Part shown: positions 36,035-48,289 of the stretch, piece after piece | How the letters are laid out: each line of letters begins with the position of its first letter | Position numbering within the stretch: the first letter of the stretch is position 1 | Source: Phyllosticta citribraziliensis | Taxonomy: Eukaryota | Direction: 5' to 3' | NCBI RefSeq assembly: GCF_038025025.1 | Contig: NW_027117346.1 | Span: 1,674,001 to 1,738,000, forward strand | Length of the DNA: 64,000 bases | Made by a program: the position numbers and the translations under genes | Notes under the pieces: model-generated | What the model saw: the letters and a program-made list of their open reading frames with translations, nothing else | Told to the model about the DNA's origin: nothing | The model's database searches: none

Positions 36035-37713
36035 GGGGAGGGGCCCGCCGCCTCCCGGTAGAGCTTAATGCCGCAATCGCTGATCGTCTTTCAAAAGGAA
36101 TTTCGAGGGCGCCTTTGACATCGCGGCAAACTCGTGGCTTCCCGATCGCCTCAGTCCACCCAGTAGCCAATCAAACGACCTCGACGCCTGTTGGCGCAGA
36201 ACACCATCACAGTGCTCGTATGCATCTCCACGTGGGCCAACATATGGTTGCAATATACCGGACATTCCGGAGAAGTGTCTCTCAGATGGTTATGCAGGGA
36301 GACCGCGACTCTGCGCTTCCAGATCACCGTACATATTGATCCAACACTGTTTTTCCAACCCGTCAATGCACTTCATCACATACACCGACTTCCGCGTATA
36401 CGCATCTCTACGTGTTAGCAACACTGCACCTCAATACTCTTACGCCATTTCCGGGGGTCTCACGAAAGCGGGAAATATTGGGGCGAACATAATCCACACC
36501 ACTCTAGACTCGTCTAGGGCATGCCTTCATTCTAGCCTAGGGAAAAGAGTGTCCTTTGATGCCTCGAAGGCGGCAGCTGCCTTCACGCAAATAATTGCTG
36601 CGACTCGAAGCTTATGCAAGGCAACAGATACCATTGAATTCATCTCTTTCTCGCAAAAAGTCCATTTGCTTTGCAAGCAACTGATTACTTGGAAGCACTT
36701 TCGAGCTAGGTTGCCAACACCCCACTCTTGCAGTGGATTCTGCAAGTTTCTTCGCACTTGTAGTCAGTGGGACGACGATAAAACTGGCGTCAAAGCTTTT
36801 GCCACGGCAAGCCGCAACGAACAACCCAGCAAGACATGGCGGGCCGCATGATAAACGCTTTCCTGGCCGACATGGCCGAGGCTCACCCGCCGCGTTCTCA
36901 CGGAGGCCGAAGCCAACACCACGCAGCCTCATTGGCAGGGTCTTTGGGGTCAAAAGGAAAAGCGCCGAAAATCGACGGGCGTGGTGGAGGGAAGGCAACG
37001 GCCACAACCCCACTGAGCATGTTCCAGAGCTTCCACCCGTCGAGCCTGTGAGACTGTCCCACCAAAGGACGGTCTGATTCGCCTGGAAATCAGAGGCGTT
37101 TGCTTATTCCGTACCGACGAACGGGGTCGTGTTTGTTTTCGGAAACGAGACTCGACTTGATGCTACCGCAGAAAAGACATGCTCAAGTCGTCGATAAAGA
37201 TGTTGCAGCTTTGATGTAACGGCGGGTACCTGCATCCTGGGTTTGTCATTGGTCGCCTTTCGAATCCCACAGAAGGTGTTGTGGCAAACATCGTTAGAAC
37301 GAATTGCTCGCAGGCTGGCCAGCGTGCAAAAGACGGCATCGAAAGTGACCCTCCAAAGGCCTGTGAGGTGATCACCTGGTGGATTCCCTTGTTACAGCAG
37401 ATCTTTTGACTTGAACTAACCCAGAGAGGCATCCTTGCGGGAGAAGACTCCCGCATCCGACCAGGGCAATGCGACTACGCGAGCTGATCCTGGATCAAGT
37501 CTGCAGATCTGAACTTTATTTCGTCTTCTGGCGTCACTCACTGCCTGCCTGGTTGTATAAGTTTTTGTCAATCAGGACCACAGATTTTGCCAACCGCACA
37601 TCTTCAACCTTTACTGAATTTCTCTCAGGATCTCCCAGCTTTCCCCTCGTCTTTGGACCTCCGCTCCACTGCAGGCGCTGCTTCTCGCCAAATCTCAAAG
37701 CAGTCACGCAGAA

Positions 37714-39504
37714 ATGTCTCAACACGACATTGCCACGCTGGCGCAGGTGGTTACGCTGAAATCCTTGGGTCTGTTGAGCGACTCTGAAATCACCTACCGG
37801 ACCGGCGTCTCCAGCGATGCAATTCATGGCATTTACGAAATTGCAACGCAGCGCGGTTTTGACCCAAGGACGACTAGAACCATCACGAAACGACATCTTG
37901 CGCCGTCAATGTCCGCACAGGCTCTACCAGTCCGTGTGCAGTTGCTGATTCTCAGCCATCTGCCTCTGACCAGCTTGATTAAGATGCACTGTGTTTCGCG
38001 GCACTGGCGCAATCTGATTGATAGCCAACTGGATTCGCGCAAAAGCCCTATTTCTTCCTCTCGTCGAGCTCTTCTTCAAATCTACCTCGAGGCGATCAAT
38101 CAACCATTCTTCATTGCGTCAAGAAAACACATACTGCCGCATGTGCGGCCGTTTGATCGCCAGGCATATGTTGCCGCTCTTGCACGATCATTTGATGGCA
38201 ACTTTGACGGCAGCTCGATGGCTCGGCTCCCCGAAGACTTCCTTACCTGGCTTCTGGAGTGGCCTTCGTCCGCCGTCATCGGCATGCTATGGCCAGGAAT
38301 CGACAGCGACTTTGGAAGCATCCCACCCACACCGAGGACCTCTTTTACAAAACTCCACAAGCACGTCGATCGCGAGCGTCGTTCTGCCGCCGTTGCCCGC
38401 TGGTACCGAGCCGGCTATCGTAACAAGCTCCCTGATCCTTCACGACTCCTCTCGTCACCGAGGCCCTTCTTTCCAACCAGCAGCCATGTCCAGGACCTCG
38501 ACCCTTGGCCCACTCCTCCCCCGACCCCGCCCATCACTAGCCCAAACTCGAGCTGTCCTTCTTCTCCAACGACAGCAACTGCTCCGCCGCTCTTTTGTCC
38601 GCTTCCGCCGACAGCGGGCGCCGCGTTCGAGCTGGAGCTCGAGCGCTTCATCCAAACAACCGAATCGTCCCCTCAGATGCGCTCCGTGCTGGTCCTGTCG
38701 CCCGCCACACTAGGCTCGCCCTCCCACTCGGTGCCGACATCTCCCCCCGAAACACCATCACCTGCCTCTCCAGTATCCACCCCACCTCCCATGGCGCCAG
38801 GCTCGACGTCCTACTTTCCGGCGCCAGGAACCTATCAACACACCCCCAACAGCAGCACCGGCAGCAGCAACAGTAGCGGCAGCACATTCGATGGCAGCGC
38901 GGCCGCTCTGAACGACGCACCCAAACCCAAGCCCGGCCGCGTCTACGCCCAGGTTTGCGGCGCCCCGCGCACCGTCGTGTTTGCCAGCTGGACCAAGTAC
39001 CTGGAGGCGAAGCTGCGCACGGTCGAGGCGTTCTGGGACGAGTGGGGCCGCCGCGAGGAGGCCGCCGCGCTGTATGCGGATCCGCATCCAAGGGGCCATC
39101 GCGACACGCCGCCGCCAGCTGCTCGTGGAAAAGCGGCCGACGGTGATGACGGCGTCGCGGTTGGCGAGGGGGCGGGCGTGTGGGTCGAAGGGCAAGCGGG
39201 CGACGAGCCGTCGAGCGAGAAGTCCGCATCTTCTGCTGCTCCGTCGCCGGATGCCTCGCCCCAGAGAGCCGACTGGATCGGCCGCGAGGTCAGTGGCATG
39301 CAGGCGTTTGGCGTCGCCGGCGGCGCCCAACGACCTGGCGTGAACGAGAAGCGCGTCGCGTGGGGAGCAGAGACGCGGCTCGAATACGAGCGAGGGGAGA
39401 AAGAGGTGCAGAAGCGATGGCGCAGGAGCTGGCGCTGGCGGTTGGGGTGGGAAGTGGGCAAGTGGAGGGCCAAGCGGTTGGTTTTGGGTGTGGCTCAGGG
39501 GTAG
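37714..39504 (+). CDS. F-box protein with an N-terminal transposase-like helix-turn-helix (alternative start 37909)
   Basis: F-box ALPVRVQLLILSHLPLTSLIKMHCVSRHWRNLI, followed by a structured block ..PFDRQAYV.AL..LPEDF.TWLLEWP..AVIG.LWPG and a Pro/Ser-rich tail. Intronless 596-aa ORF. Confidence 0.82.
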   Translation: MSQHDIATLAQVVTLKSLGLLSDSEITYRTGVSSDAIHGIYEIATQRGFDPRTTRTITKRHLAPSMSAQALPVRVQLLILSHLPLTSLIKMHCVSRHWRNLIDSQLDSRKSPISSSRRALLQIYLEAINQPFFIASRKHILPHVRPFDRQAYVAALARSFDGNFDGSSMARLPEDFLTWLLEWPSSAVIGMLWPGIDSDFGSIPPTPRTSFTKLHKHVDRERRSAAVARWYRAGYRNKLPDPSRLLSSPRPFFPTSSHVQDLDPWPTPPPTPPITSPNSSCPSSPTTATAPPLFCPLPPTAGAAFELELERFIQTTESSPQMRSVLVLSPATLGSPSHSVPTSPPETPSPASPVSTPPPMAPGSTSYFPAPGTYQHTPNSSTGSSNSSGSTFDGSAAALNDAPKPKPGRVYAQVCGAPRTVVFASWTKYLEAKLRTVEAFWDEWGRREEAAALYADPHPRGHRDTPPPAARGKAADGDDGVAVGEGAGVWVEGQAGDEPSSEKSASSAAPSPDASPQRADWIGREVSGMQAFGVAGGAQRPGVNEKRVAWGAETRLEYERGEKEVQKRWRRSWRWRLGWEVGKWRAKRLVLGVAQG

Positions 39505-40405
39505 ATGCACCCCGAACTCTCCTTTCCCATTGGCCATCGTCAGTCTTTTCCCCCTGTTTCCGTTCTTCTTCCGTTTCCTGTTCTCTTGGGTCGTCTTTTG
39601 GAGCGGAGTCTTGTCTTGAAGTCTGTGAGCGTATCATTGAGCAACGAGCGACGTAGGCGTTGGTGTTCAACGAATTTCCTTTGCATCTCTTTTCATACGA
39701 GTTCGACGCGTAGATGGATTATCTCATAAATATAACAACACACTATGATACCAAAAGCATTCTGGAATCGTCTTCTGCAAAACGACGGCTCGGCGGCTCG
39801 CTTGGCCCTGCGTCGGAAGAGAGTAAATCATAGAGATCAACACAAATAGAAACCCCATGAGAACAGTGTCTATGCTGAGGAAGGAGGAGTGGACTTGATG
39901 CCTGGCCAGTAAGTGAACGGCTGGATGTAATCGGATCACTAGACGCGTAGGCCCTGGATGCATTCATACACGGAGGCTACTACGCGCATTCATTCGACGA
40001 GCATAAAATCACATGTGCCACTCAATGACTGAAATTTTTCCATTTTTTACGTCTTGACGGCTTCTGTTCTCGTCGTGCAGCATGGAGGAAGAAAAAGAAG
40101 ACAAAAGTACAGTGAAAAGAAGGAGAAGAAAAAAGACCAGCGTCTGATGATGGGATCCTTCATGCAAGTGCAGAATAACAAGCAAAGACCAATGACGACA
40201 ACAAAAACGCCAAGACCCAAAGCGCGCGTCTGCGTCGCTGCTCCTCGGGTTCTGTGATCAACAATAAGCAGCACATCAATTGACCGTACATGGGGTTCGT
40301 CCGTCGCAAATGTCACCTGCCGAAAAAGAGCTCTAACAAGGCGCCTACGCCCATCCCCCCGGCCGTCTCTTTTGAAGAAGATATATTGCAACGCCAAGCC
40401 GGCGC

Positions 40406-41717
40406 TCATGCCTTGAGGCCGTCGCGCACGCTCTGGCTGCTGGCGCTCATGGGAATGTTGGTGGTGGGCAGGGCGTCGGGCTTTTCCGTCTTTTGGCGGA
40501 CCTTGGCGACGGCGTAGACGATGCCGCTGACGAAGCCGACAAAGATGGCGCTGACGGAGCCAAAGGTGACGGGGGCATCGAAGAAGACGAGGCCAGACAC
40601 GGCAATGGGCAGCTTATTGAGCGCGCCGACCATCGAATACGTCGTCGACGACGTCACGCGCACGCACCAGGCCGACGTGTACGAGATGAAGATTGTAGAG
40701 AGACCGGAAAAGATCATGGAGAGGATAATGGTGGTGCGGTTCTCGATGGGGAAGTTCTTGGACAGGTTGAGCGACGACCAGTCCTCGACCAGGATCGAGG
40801 CGACGAGGAGGATGGGGATAGACAAGAGGTTGTTGTAAAACATGGCTGGGAGAGAGTTAGCGCGGCGCTTACGGGGGGCCGTGGCACCAGAGGGCAGCTT
40901 ACTGTCAAAGTCCTTGAAGTTGGTGAGCTTTATGCGCACGCGCATGCCGAGGACGTAGGTCGCACTGCAGAAGCAGTTGAGCAACATCCACATGTAGCCC
41001 GAGTTGAGGGTCGAGATCTTGTCCGAGGCCTCGGAGCTACCGCTGCCGCCGTGGTTGGTGAGCGCATGCTGAATGTCGGCCCAGGCGGCAATGACGGAGC
41101 TCAGCACCATGAGACCAAAGGAAAGCAGGGCCGTGGGGGTCACGGTGCCGCCGAACCATAGCACCTCGCCGTATGCAATCAGGATGATTGTCAGGTTCTT
41201 GAAGATGGTGTAGACGGGGATGGAGAGGAATTTGAGGGCCTTGGTCGAGGTGTAGATCATGCCAATGAGAAGAATGGTGATGGGAAGCCCTGGGCGCAGT
41301 CAGCAATGATTTTGTCAGGGTGTTGGAAGCTTTGGGTACATTTTCTGGCCTCGGTGGCTTTGAAGTCGCGAAAGGAGATGACATTGGCCGTCTTGAGCGA
41401 CTGGATGGCGACGATGCAAACGACGGACTGCGCGAGGGGTGAGCGAGCAGGCTTGAAGGGCCAGCGGTGAATGGACGGACCTGGACGCAGAGCAGGAAGA
41501 AGTTGAGGTTGAAGCCAGTTCCCGACAAGACATATTTGTTGGTGACGGTCATCAAAATGGAGGAGCCGCAGTAGGAGAGGACGGGCAGGACGGGATTGCC
41601 CGACAGCGACGAGGACGAGGGCGGCATGGTGGACGAGGGCGAGTGGATGAGCTTGGCGTGTGGAGAGTCGTCGTCTTCGTCGTCTTGGAGGTGGACTCTC
41701 TTGCTGTCGTCGGCCAT
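40406..41717 (-). CDS. VRG4: Golgi GDP-mannose transporter. Predicted complement(join(40406..40845,40903..41289,41340..41427,41481..41717))
   Basis: [64 protein letters not shown], signature [14 protein letters not shown]. Three phase-consistent introns. Confidence 0.95.
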
Positions 41718-42234
41718 TCGAAGCGAAGGTAAGGTCAGTCAGGGCCAGGCAGTGGCAGCGGCAGGGCGCGTCGATCGGGCGGAACGGAATGCGAGTAAGG
41801 GGGAGCCCGGACACTGGACCTGGACTGCTGACGCCGGGAGGTGGTGCAATGCACAATGCAATTCAAAGCGCAATGCTGCGAGTCGGCGACAGAGAATGAG
41901 GTGTTGAGAGAACAGGATAGAGTTGGTGTGGGCTGTCAACGTAGTCGTCGAGTGGCGCAGCGGGCAAGCAGGAGGCTGACTAGCAGGTACCCGCCAACTG
42001 CAACTCAGGTACGACGACTGCGAATGTGTTGCATTGACGCTGTCGACACCTTTCCACATCCTTCGCGTCCGGTCGGATCCTGTCCAAGACCCTCATTATT
42101 GCCCTGGGTGACCCTTTGCGCCGATCATCTCGAATGAAGGCCCCTCCCGCCGCGTCCCTGGCATCATCATCCCTCCCATCCTCCGCCATCGCCATCGCCA
42201 TCGCCATCGCCATCCCACCACCCCCAGCCAAAAA

Positions 42235-42922
42235 ATGTCCATGTCCGCCCTCGACTCCAAGGTTGCCGCCCTCGTCGACAGGCCGCACGATGACGACGAC
42301 GAAGACGCTCTGATTGCCGAGCTCGAGGAGGACGAAGGCGGCCTCGACGCCTTTCGCGAGCAACGCCTCCAGCAGCTGCACGCAGAATTCACCCGCGCAA
42401 AGCAGATGCGCAACTCGGAGCATGGCGTCTGCACCGAGATCAAGGACGAGAAGGCTCTGATGGAGATTACCACGTCGACCAAGCTCTGCGTCGTCCATTT
42501 CTTCCACTCCGACTTTGGCCGCTGCCGCATCATGGACAACCACCTCGAGGTACGCGATCCCACATCATCAAACGCCAAACCCCACCCCCTTCTAATCCTC
42601 TTGTTTCCTCCAGGCCCTCGCTCCCAAGCACTTCGATACACGTTTCCTGCGCATCAATGTCGACAACGCCCCCTTTCTCGTCACAAAGCTCAAAGTCCAA
42701 GTCCTCCCGTGCGTCCTCGCCTTTGTAGACGGCCAAGGCGTCGACCGCATCGTTGGCTTCGAAGGCCTCGGCTACGGCACCGACAAGTTCACCACCGCCG
42801 ACCTGGAGGCGCGCCTGCTGCAGAGCGGCGCCCTCGTGCGAGCAAAGGTTGCGGATGGCGAGACCGCCGGCCCCGTCAAGGACAAGCAGGAGGAGGAAGA
42901 CGACGACGACGATTGGGATTGA
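42235..42922 (+). CDS. Phosducin-like / thioredoxin-fold protein (Plp1/TXNDC9 type). Predicted join(42235..42549,42614..42922)
   Basis: FREQRLQQL, CVVHFFHSDF.RC.IMD.HLE|ALAPKH.DTRFL.INVDNAPFLVTKLKVQVLPCV..F.DG...DRIVGFEGLG, acidic C-terminus ending DDWD. Intron GTACGC..CTAAT..CAG. Confidence 0.9.
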
Positions 42923-44517
42923 GCCAGCAGACGTCGGCGGCGACGAGGAAGATTGGGCCGGCTGCCTCGCGCGCTCTGCGAGTGGGACCGTGGGACTCCC
43001 CCCACTCGTCCACCCACACACGTACTGGATGGCTCCACGAATGCGGGCTGCCGCCACGGCTCGCCCCACTGAGCCAGTCGAGCTCTCGACTCTCTGGGAC
43101 TGCGTTGCCCTGCGTCGCCGTGGCGGGTTGCACGCGCCGTCGTCTTCGTCTCCCCCATCCGCATCCGTGGGTGGGTTTCTGCGTGCAGTGCCAAAAGGAG
43201 CCGGCGGGGTGTCTGGCTTACTGGCTGTCGAGTGGTCGCGGCCTATCTATCCGTCTTCTTGCCTCGTACCTGGTTGGACAAGACCAGACGGGACGGGACA
43301 GCATGGCGGGGGTCTCGTCGGTCTCGGTCCTCGAGCGAGCGAGCCAGCCAGCCAGCAAAGTACATACTGCAGCCGGACGGAGCAGCGGAAATGCCAGCTA
43401 TCCGGGTGAGACATGCAGCAGAGAGCTTTCTGCAGCGAGCGACTCGGTTGGTGGGTGCGTGTGGGCTGCTTGCTTGCGTGGGTGGGTGGACGCCGGAACA
43501 AAACAAAAAGCAAACACATATCTCATCATACATCACATAGTTGGCGTCTCCCTCCCGACAGTCGGGTTGGGTTGAGACAAAAAGAAGCAATCATACATAC
43601 ATTCATACGTGCACATGTGCATATTCCACCTGCTTGTCTGCCTGAATTCTGCTCCATCTGAAGCCAATTACCGACACTGCCTGTGTCCCCCGTGGCCTGG
43701 TAGATTCTAGATGTCTTCGAGAAGCCTCGCGTAGCCTGCCTGCCCCTCTGCAACTTTCGGGGTGACGTTCACCTCACAGAAGGATGGTCCGGATCAAAAT
43801 GGCTAGGCGCGTACATAGCTATTTCTCGATTTCTCAATCAATCAATCAATCTAGTAAAGTGAACAATCTTCCTCCAATTCAAGGCCACCATTCGCCCGTC
43901 CATCGCACTCGCTCAGTTCAAGGGCGTCGCCGCCGCAAAGCAATCTAGGTAATTTTTGCCGTGAAAAAAAAAATTTAGAAAAAAAAAGGTGGAAAACGGA
44001 ATAGACGTGTAGATGTGTGGACCACAAGCGGCAGCATAACGCGGTTTGTCTGTCTGGCTGCCTAGGCGCGCCGTAGAGGCTAGGAAATATGATTTGATGG
44101 AGGGAGGGAAAGTGAGGAAACAGAGGAGGATGGGAGCGAGAAGGATTGGTATTAGATGGTTTGTAGAAGCAGACAATGACCCGACGACGGAATGAAAGAG
44201 AGGCGAAGGCGAATTGGGTCGGACGAAATTGTCGTCACTCGTCGATAGCGGTCGCTTTGTTGGCGACGAGTGGATGGATGGATGGCGGCGACGTCGTACC
44301 ATGCCGCATCGTCGTGGTTCTCATGCTCAACACACGAGGAGCTCGCCATCACAGGCCGAGCAGGTCGGTATGTTGGGAGGACGTCGTAGGTAGACAAGCA
44401 GGCGGTCCCGCCGCCGCAGCTACCCGTCCGTTCATCCGTCTCCTGGCAAACGAACAGCCGTAAGCAAACTGTTCCTCTCCACTTGCACAGCAGCAGCCCT
44501 CACCTTCTGGCGTCATC

Positions 44518-45408
44518 TCAAAACCGCCACAGGCTGCGATGGCTGCGGAGCGTCCTACGCGGCGGCTGCTGCTGCTCATGTGCACAGTGATTGCGGTGCT
44601 TTTCCTCCGTCTGGCCAATGCGGGCAGCTCTGTTGCCGTTGCTGCTGCCGCTGCTACCACCAGTGCCAAAGGTCTGCGAAATCTGGCGGCGCAGCAGATC
44701 CAACGCACCGTACGGCAGCGGCTCCGCGCTGTATGAGACGTGCTCTCGCTTGAAAGCAGCCTGGGAATTGTAGCGGACGTCGGGTTCGATGTCGTCGTTG
44801 CTGACGAGGACGTCCTTTTCCTTCTCGATTGGAGAGTAGTGGGCCGCACCAGCAGCGCGCTCCTCCTCCCGCACCATCATGACCACCCGCTCGTTCCTCG
44901 CAGCCGCCGCTTTGCACAACGCCGCCTCGCTCTTCCGCGACCGTAGTCTCGCGGCGGCGTTGCCTGCGCCCCCGATCCCCACGTGCCATGGCCCGCCATT
45001 GCCACGATTGACCCTGAGCGCTACGGCTCTTGCGCGTGCCACCTCTTCTGCTGCATCGACGGCGCTGCGCTCCGTGTACGCATGAATGTTGCCAGCACCG
45101 CCGATGCCTGACGTGTAGTGCGTCTTTTGCTGCTGTGGGCGGCCAGAGGGCAAGAGGGGCGCGATGGTAGACTGGTATGAAGAGCGAGGACCCGCGGCGG
45201 ATGATGGTGACGAGCCGGCGGTCGAGGGGCACGAGTGGTGCGATGGGGTTGGCGAGAGAGACTGGGGTGAATACGGCGGCAGAGACGAGGCTTTGTGGAT
45301 GTTTCCCGCGCCGCCAATGCCAAGTCGGACGTAGGTTGGCTTTGTGGGTGTTGGTGGAAGCAGCGAAGAGCGGCAGCTGCTCGACGAGCTACTCGAAGGA
45401 CGCATCAT
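44518..45408 (-). CDS. DUF3602 / Par32-like protein with three GIGGAGN repeats
   Basis: RLGIGGAGNI, SGIGGAGNI and VGIGGAGNA, plus a C-terminal YS.EPLPYGA.D motif. First ATG at 45408. Confidence 0.72.
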   Translation of the reverse strand: MMRPSSSSSSSCRSSLLPPTPTKPTYVRLGIGGAGNIHKASSLPPYSPQSLSPTPSHHSCPSTAGSSPSSAAGPRSSYQSTIAPLLPSGRPQQQKTHYTSGIGGAGNIHAYTERSAVDAAEEVARARAVALRVNRGNGGPWHVGIGGAGNAAARLRSRKSEAALCKAAAARNERVVMMVREEERAAGAAHYSPIEKEKDVLVSNDDIEPDVRYNSQAAFKREHVSYSAEPLPYGALDLLRRQISQTFGTGGSSGSSNGNRAARIGQTEEKHRNHCAHEQQQPPRRTLRSHRSLWRF

Positions 45409-48289
45409 GATGGAAGTTACGGTGGGTTTAGGTGTCAGCTGACAGGAAGCTGGAGGAGTCGGGATAGTCGAGGACGTTTTAAAGTCTGACTTGATCAATC
45501 TGTTCCTGGTTGCCGGCTAGCTGGCTCGCAGCGAAAGATATAAAGATGTGAAAAATGGGAACGTTTTTGAAGACAACGTGTGGACAGGAGAAGCAGAGAC
45601 AGATGGTTCCAAGTCTAGAGGTGACTGGTGCTCCAAAACGCGAGCATGAAGGAAGGAGAGACATCTCTTTAATATCTCATTCCAGCCAGGCCATTTCCTG
45701 GGAAAAAACCACACGCGTCCCAGCACCACGGTAGCACCGCCCTCGCCAGCAAGATCTTGCATCAAGTGGACAACGGGATCATTCGAGCAAGCAGCCATTC
45801 GACCCCGGATCCCAGATTTTGCGCCCTCGTCGAAAGACTGGACGACTTGATCTTGCACACGGATCACCAGCACGTCTGTCCTGGCACTTTGTGGGCGAGA
45901 CACGCAGCGCGCCACCCCGGCCGGATGTGCTGGCTTGAGATGAGACGGCAGCAGGCGTCGGCCCGGGGACCTGAGTACCAAGCGAGGACGGCGGGAGAGG
46001 CGTAAGGCGAACAGGTGTAGGAGCACAAAAGTACCGTGTGGTGCATGTCAAGGGATGCAAAGGAGAGCGGATTGGGGGAGAGGGTCCCACGTCGCACAAG
46101 GCGCCAGGTCACCGTGGCTCCGGCCATCGAGTTTGCAGCCAGACTTGCTTGAGCTCGGAATCCACAGAGCCTGAATGGAACGGGTAGACGGATAGCTGCG
46201 CGTCGGAGTCTGTGGGGGAAACCTGCTGAGCGCTTCGTCAATGTGGGCTCTTGTTGCTGGAGAGCTCTGCGAGACTATCAACTCAGGAGTGCAGCAGACA
46301 GCTGTCACTGCCAACGTCAAGCACTGACAGCTGACCGCTGCAACTTCACCGTTTTTCATCTGGAATAGGGCTGACCGCGGCTCTGCCAACCTCCTGGCTT
46401 CGCGGCTTCACATGAATTATCCAAGGCGAACAAGACTGTCCCTGAATGGCTCGTTAGCAGCTTGTGACATCAAACGGTGTTTCCGCAGAGCAATGCAGGT
46501 GGAAAAGTTGTTACGGGCGGCGGCTAATGCAAGCTGCAGGGAGGTCAAAGCCTTGCATCGGCTCCTGCGAGATTCGTATCCGGCCCCTTGGAAATAACTG
46601 ATCGCGCGACCAGGGCAGTGATGAAGTTGCGTTCATCGGGTGAGGTAGAAAGCGGTAAGGAGAGACGCGAGGCGTAAGTAGGTATCCTTCTTTTTGACCG
46701 TGGTTGATTCCACACTGGCCATTCATTTGCGGGCCCGGATGCTTGCTTTTTTTCTTCTCAACGCCGCTTGGGATACATCATCTGAACCAGCGCTTGGGAG
46801 CGTTCAGGCGACGACGCGTCGGTTTCGACCGGAAAAGTGCAACCCAATAAGAGGCGTTTCTCGCTCACTCTGAATTCGATCGACTTTGAGATTGATGCTG
46901 TGTTACTCGATATTTCCTGGTCAAGTGCTGAGACGTGCGTGTGGCTTCCGTGTCGATGGTTTTGCTTTGCTGTGCCGCTGTTCTCGCCGTCTCAGCATGC
47001 AGCACCACGGGCGTGAGTCAAAAGTCCACAGATTCGAGATCCATGACAACCGTGATCGACGGACAGCGGGTCGAATGAGCCGCAGCAAGACCTCGATGAT
47101 TTTTCTCCAGACGTATGAATCTTTCAGTAGTCCTTGCCGCAGCATTCAGGCGACCAACTTCAGGATTGCAGTGTTACAGCAACGGTGCTGCAAAGATGGA
47201 CCGGGGGCAAAATCTTCTCAACTAGACTCGACGTCAATCTTGCAGGCCGTCCCTTTGGCTTCTCAGTAGGTGCATTGGTTGAGAACGACGACTACGAATG
47301 GTCAGGTTGGCCAATCCACTGACAGCGCCATGTTCAGTGGCTTGTGAGTCGTGCCTAATCCAGCAGCTAAAGGCAATGGCGTCGACGGATTGAGGAGTTA
47401 GTCCAGCTGTAGCAGCGTGGCTTGGTCGGATGGAGGTGGTGGCTTTGTTCAACGATTCACAGACCTCAGTTCAGCTCTTGTCGTGCAAAGGTTGCGATGG
47501 TGATGCAAGGCGTCGCACTCTGTAGCGGAGAGCCAAGGTGGAGAAGTGCCTGACTCGGATTCTGTCGCGCAGCCTGGATTTAACGAGTCAAGTTAGCTTC
47601 AACGCCTTTCCGGTTTGATTCACATCTCCTCCCTCTATACTCTCTTCCTTCGGCGCATCAACAACCGATTGACGCTTGAACTGTCTGCCGGCCTTATGCT
47701 CTCGAGTCTCCAGTGACTTGGCGTCGGGCCATCTAGCGCTTGGCTGGCTCTGTCTGCTCCTGGTTCACCACCGCCGCCACCAGAACTAACTTCTCCTTCC
47801 AGCCGACCCTGGCATTTTCCACTGACCCGGCCGTCACGTTTTGTCCTCGGACAACCTCAAGCCTTGGCCAGGCCCTGTATCCTATCATCTGAGCCGGCTG
47901 CGCCGCGCATCAGGGTCTGCGCTGTTCCAAACACAGGCTCCCCGCATCGAGACCCAAGCCAGCTGTGGGGAATGCATCAATGCATCCCCGCACTCCTCCA
48001 GATGGATGCCCTTGGCTTGCTTGCACGCGTGACAACTGGCTACCCTTCGGACTCTGTTCAATTCCTTTGCGCTCGGATACGTGTAGCTTCTTCTCCGAAA
48101 AGGCATTCAAGGCGCTCCTCATCTACCATTTCTTCCGCTTCTTCCAACTCTGTCGCATTTCGAATCATCTGACGGTCGGTCGTTCGTGCATGAACCGTCT
48201 GACACTCTCGTGAGCGAGGCGCAGTTTCACGCCCTGGATATAAAGTGAGCAAGAGTCGTTTGTCCGCAGTTCTCCGCCAAAGCTCCACA

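Noticed and set aside
36036..37700. Remainder of a transposon (DDE domain or TIRs) or another gene upstream of the HTH-F-box gene
   Set aside because: I found no terminal inverted repeats, DDE motif or coherent exon chain in the short ORFs there.
42235..43575. 446-aa ORF as a single gene
   Set aside because: Only the first 105 codons are real. The phosducin-like frame continues after the intron and stops at 42922.
46412..46597. Ankyrin-like fragment (QVEKLLRAAANASCREVKALH)
   Set aside because: A single weak partial match with no neighbouring repeats and several stops in the surrounding frame; cannot be supported without a profile search.
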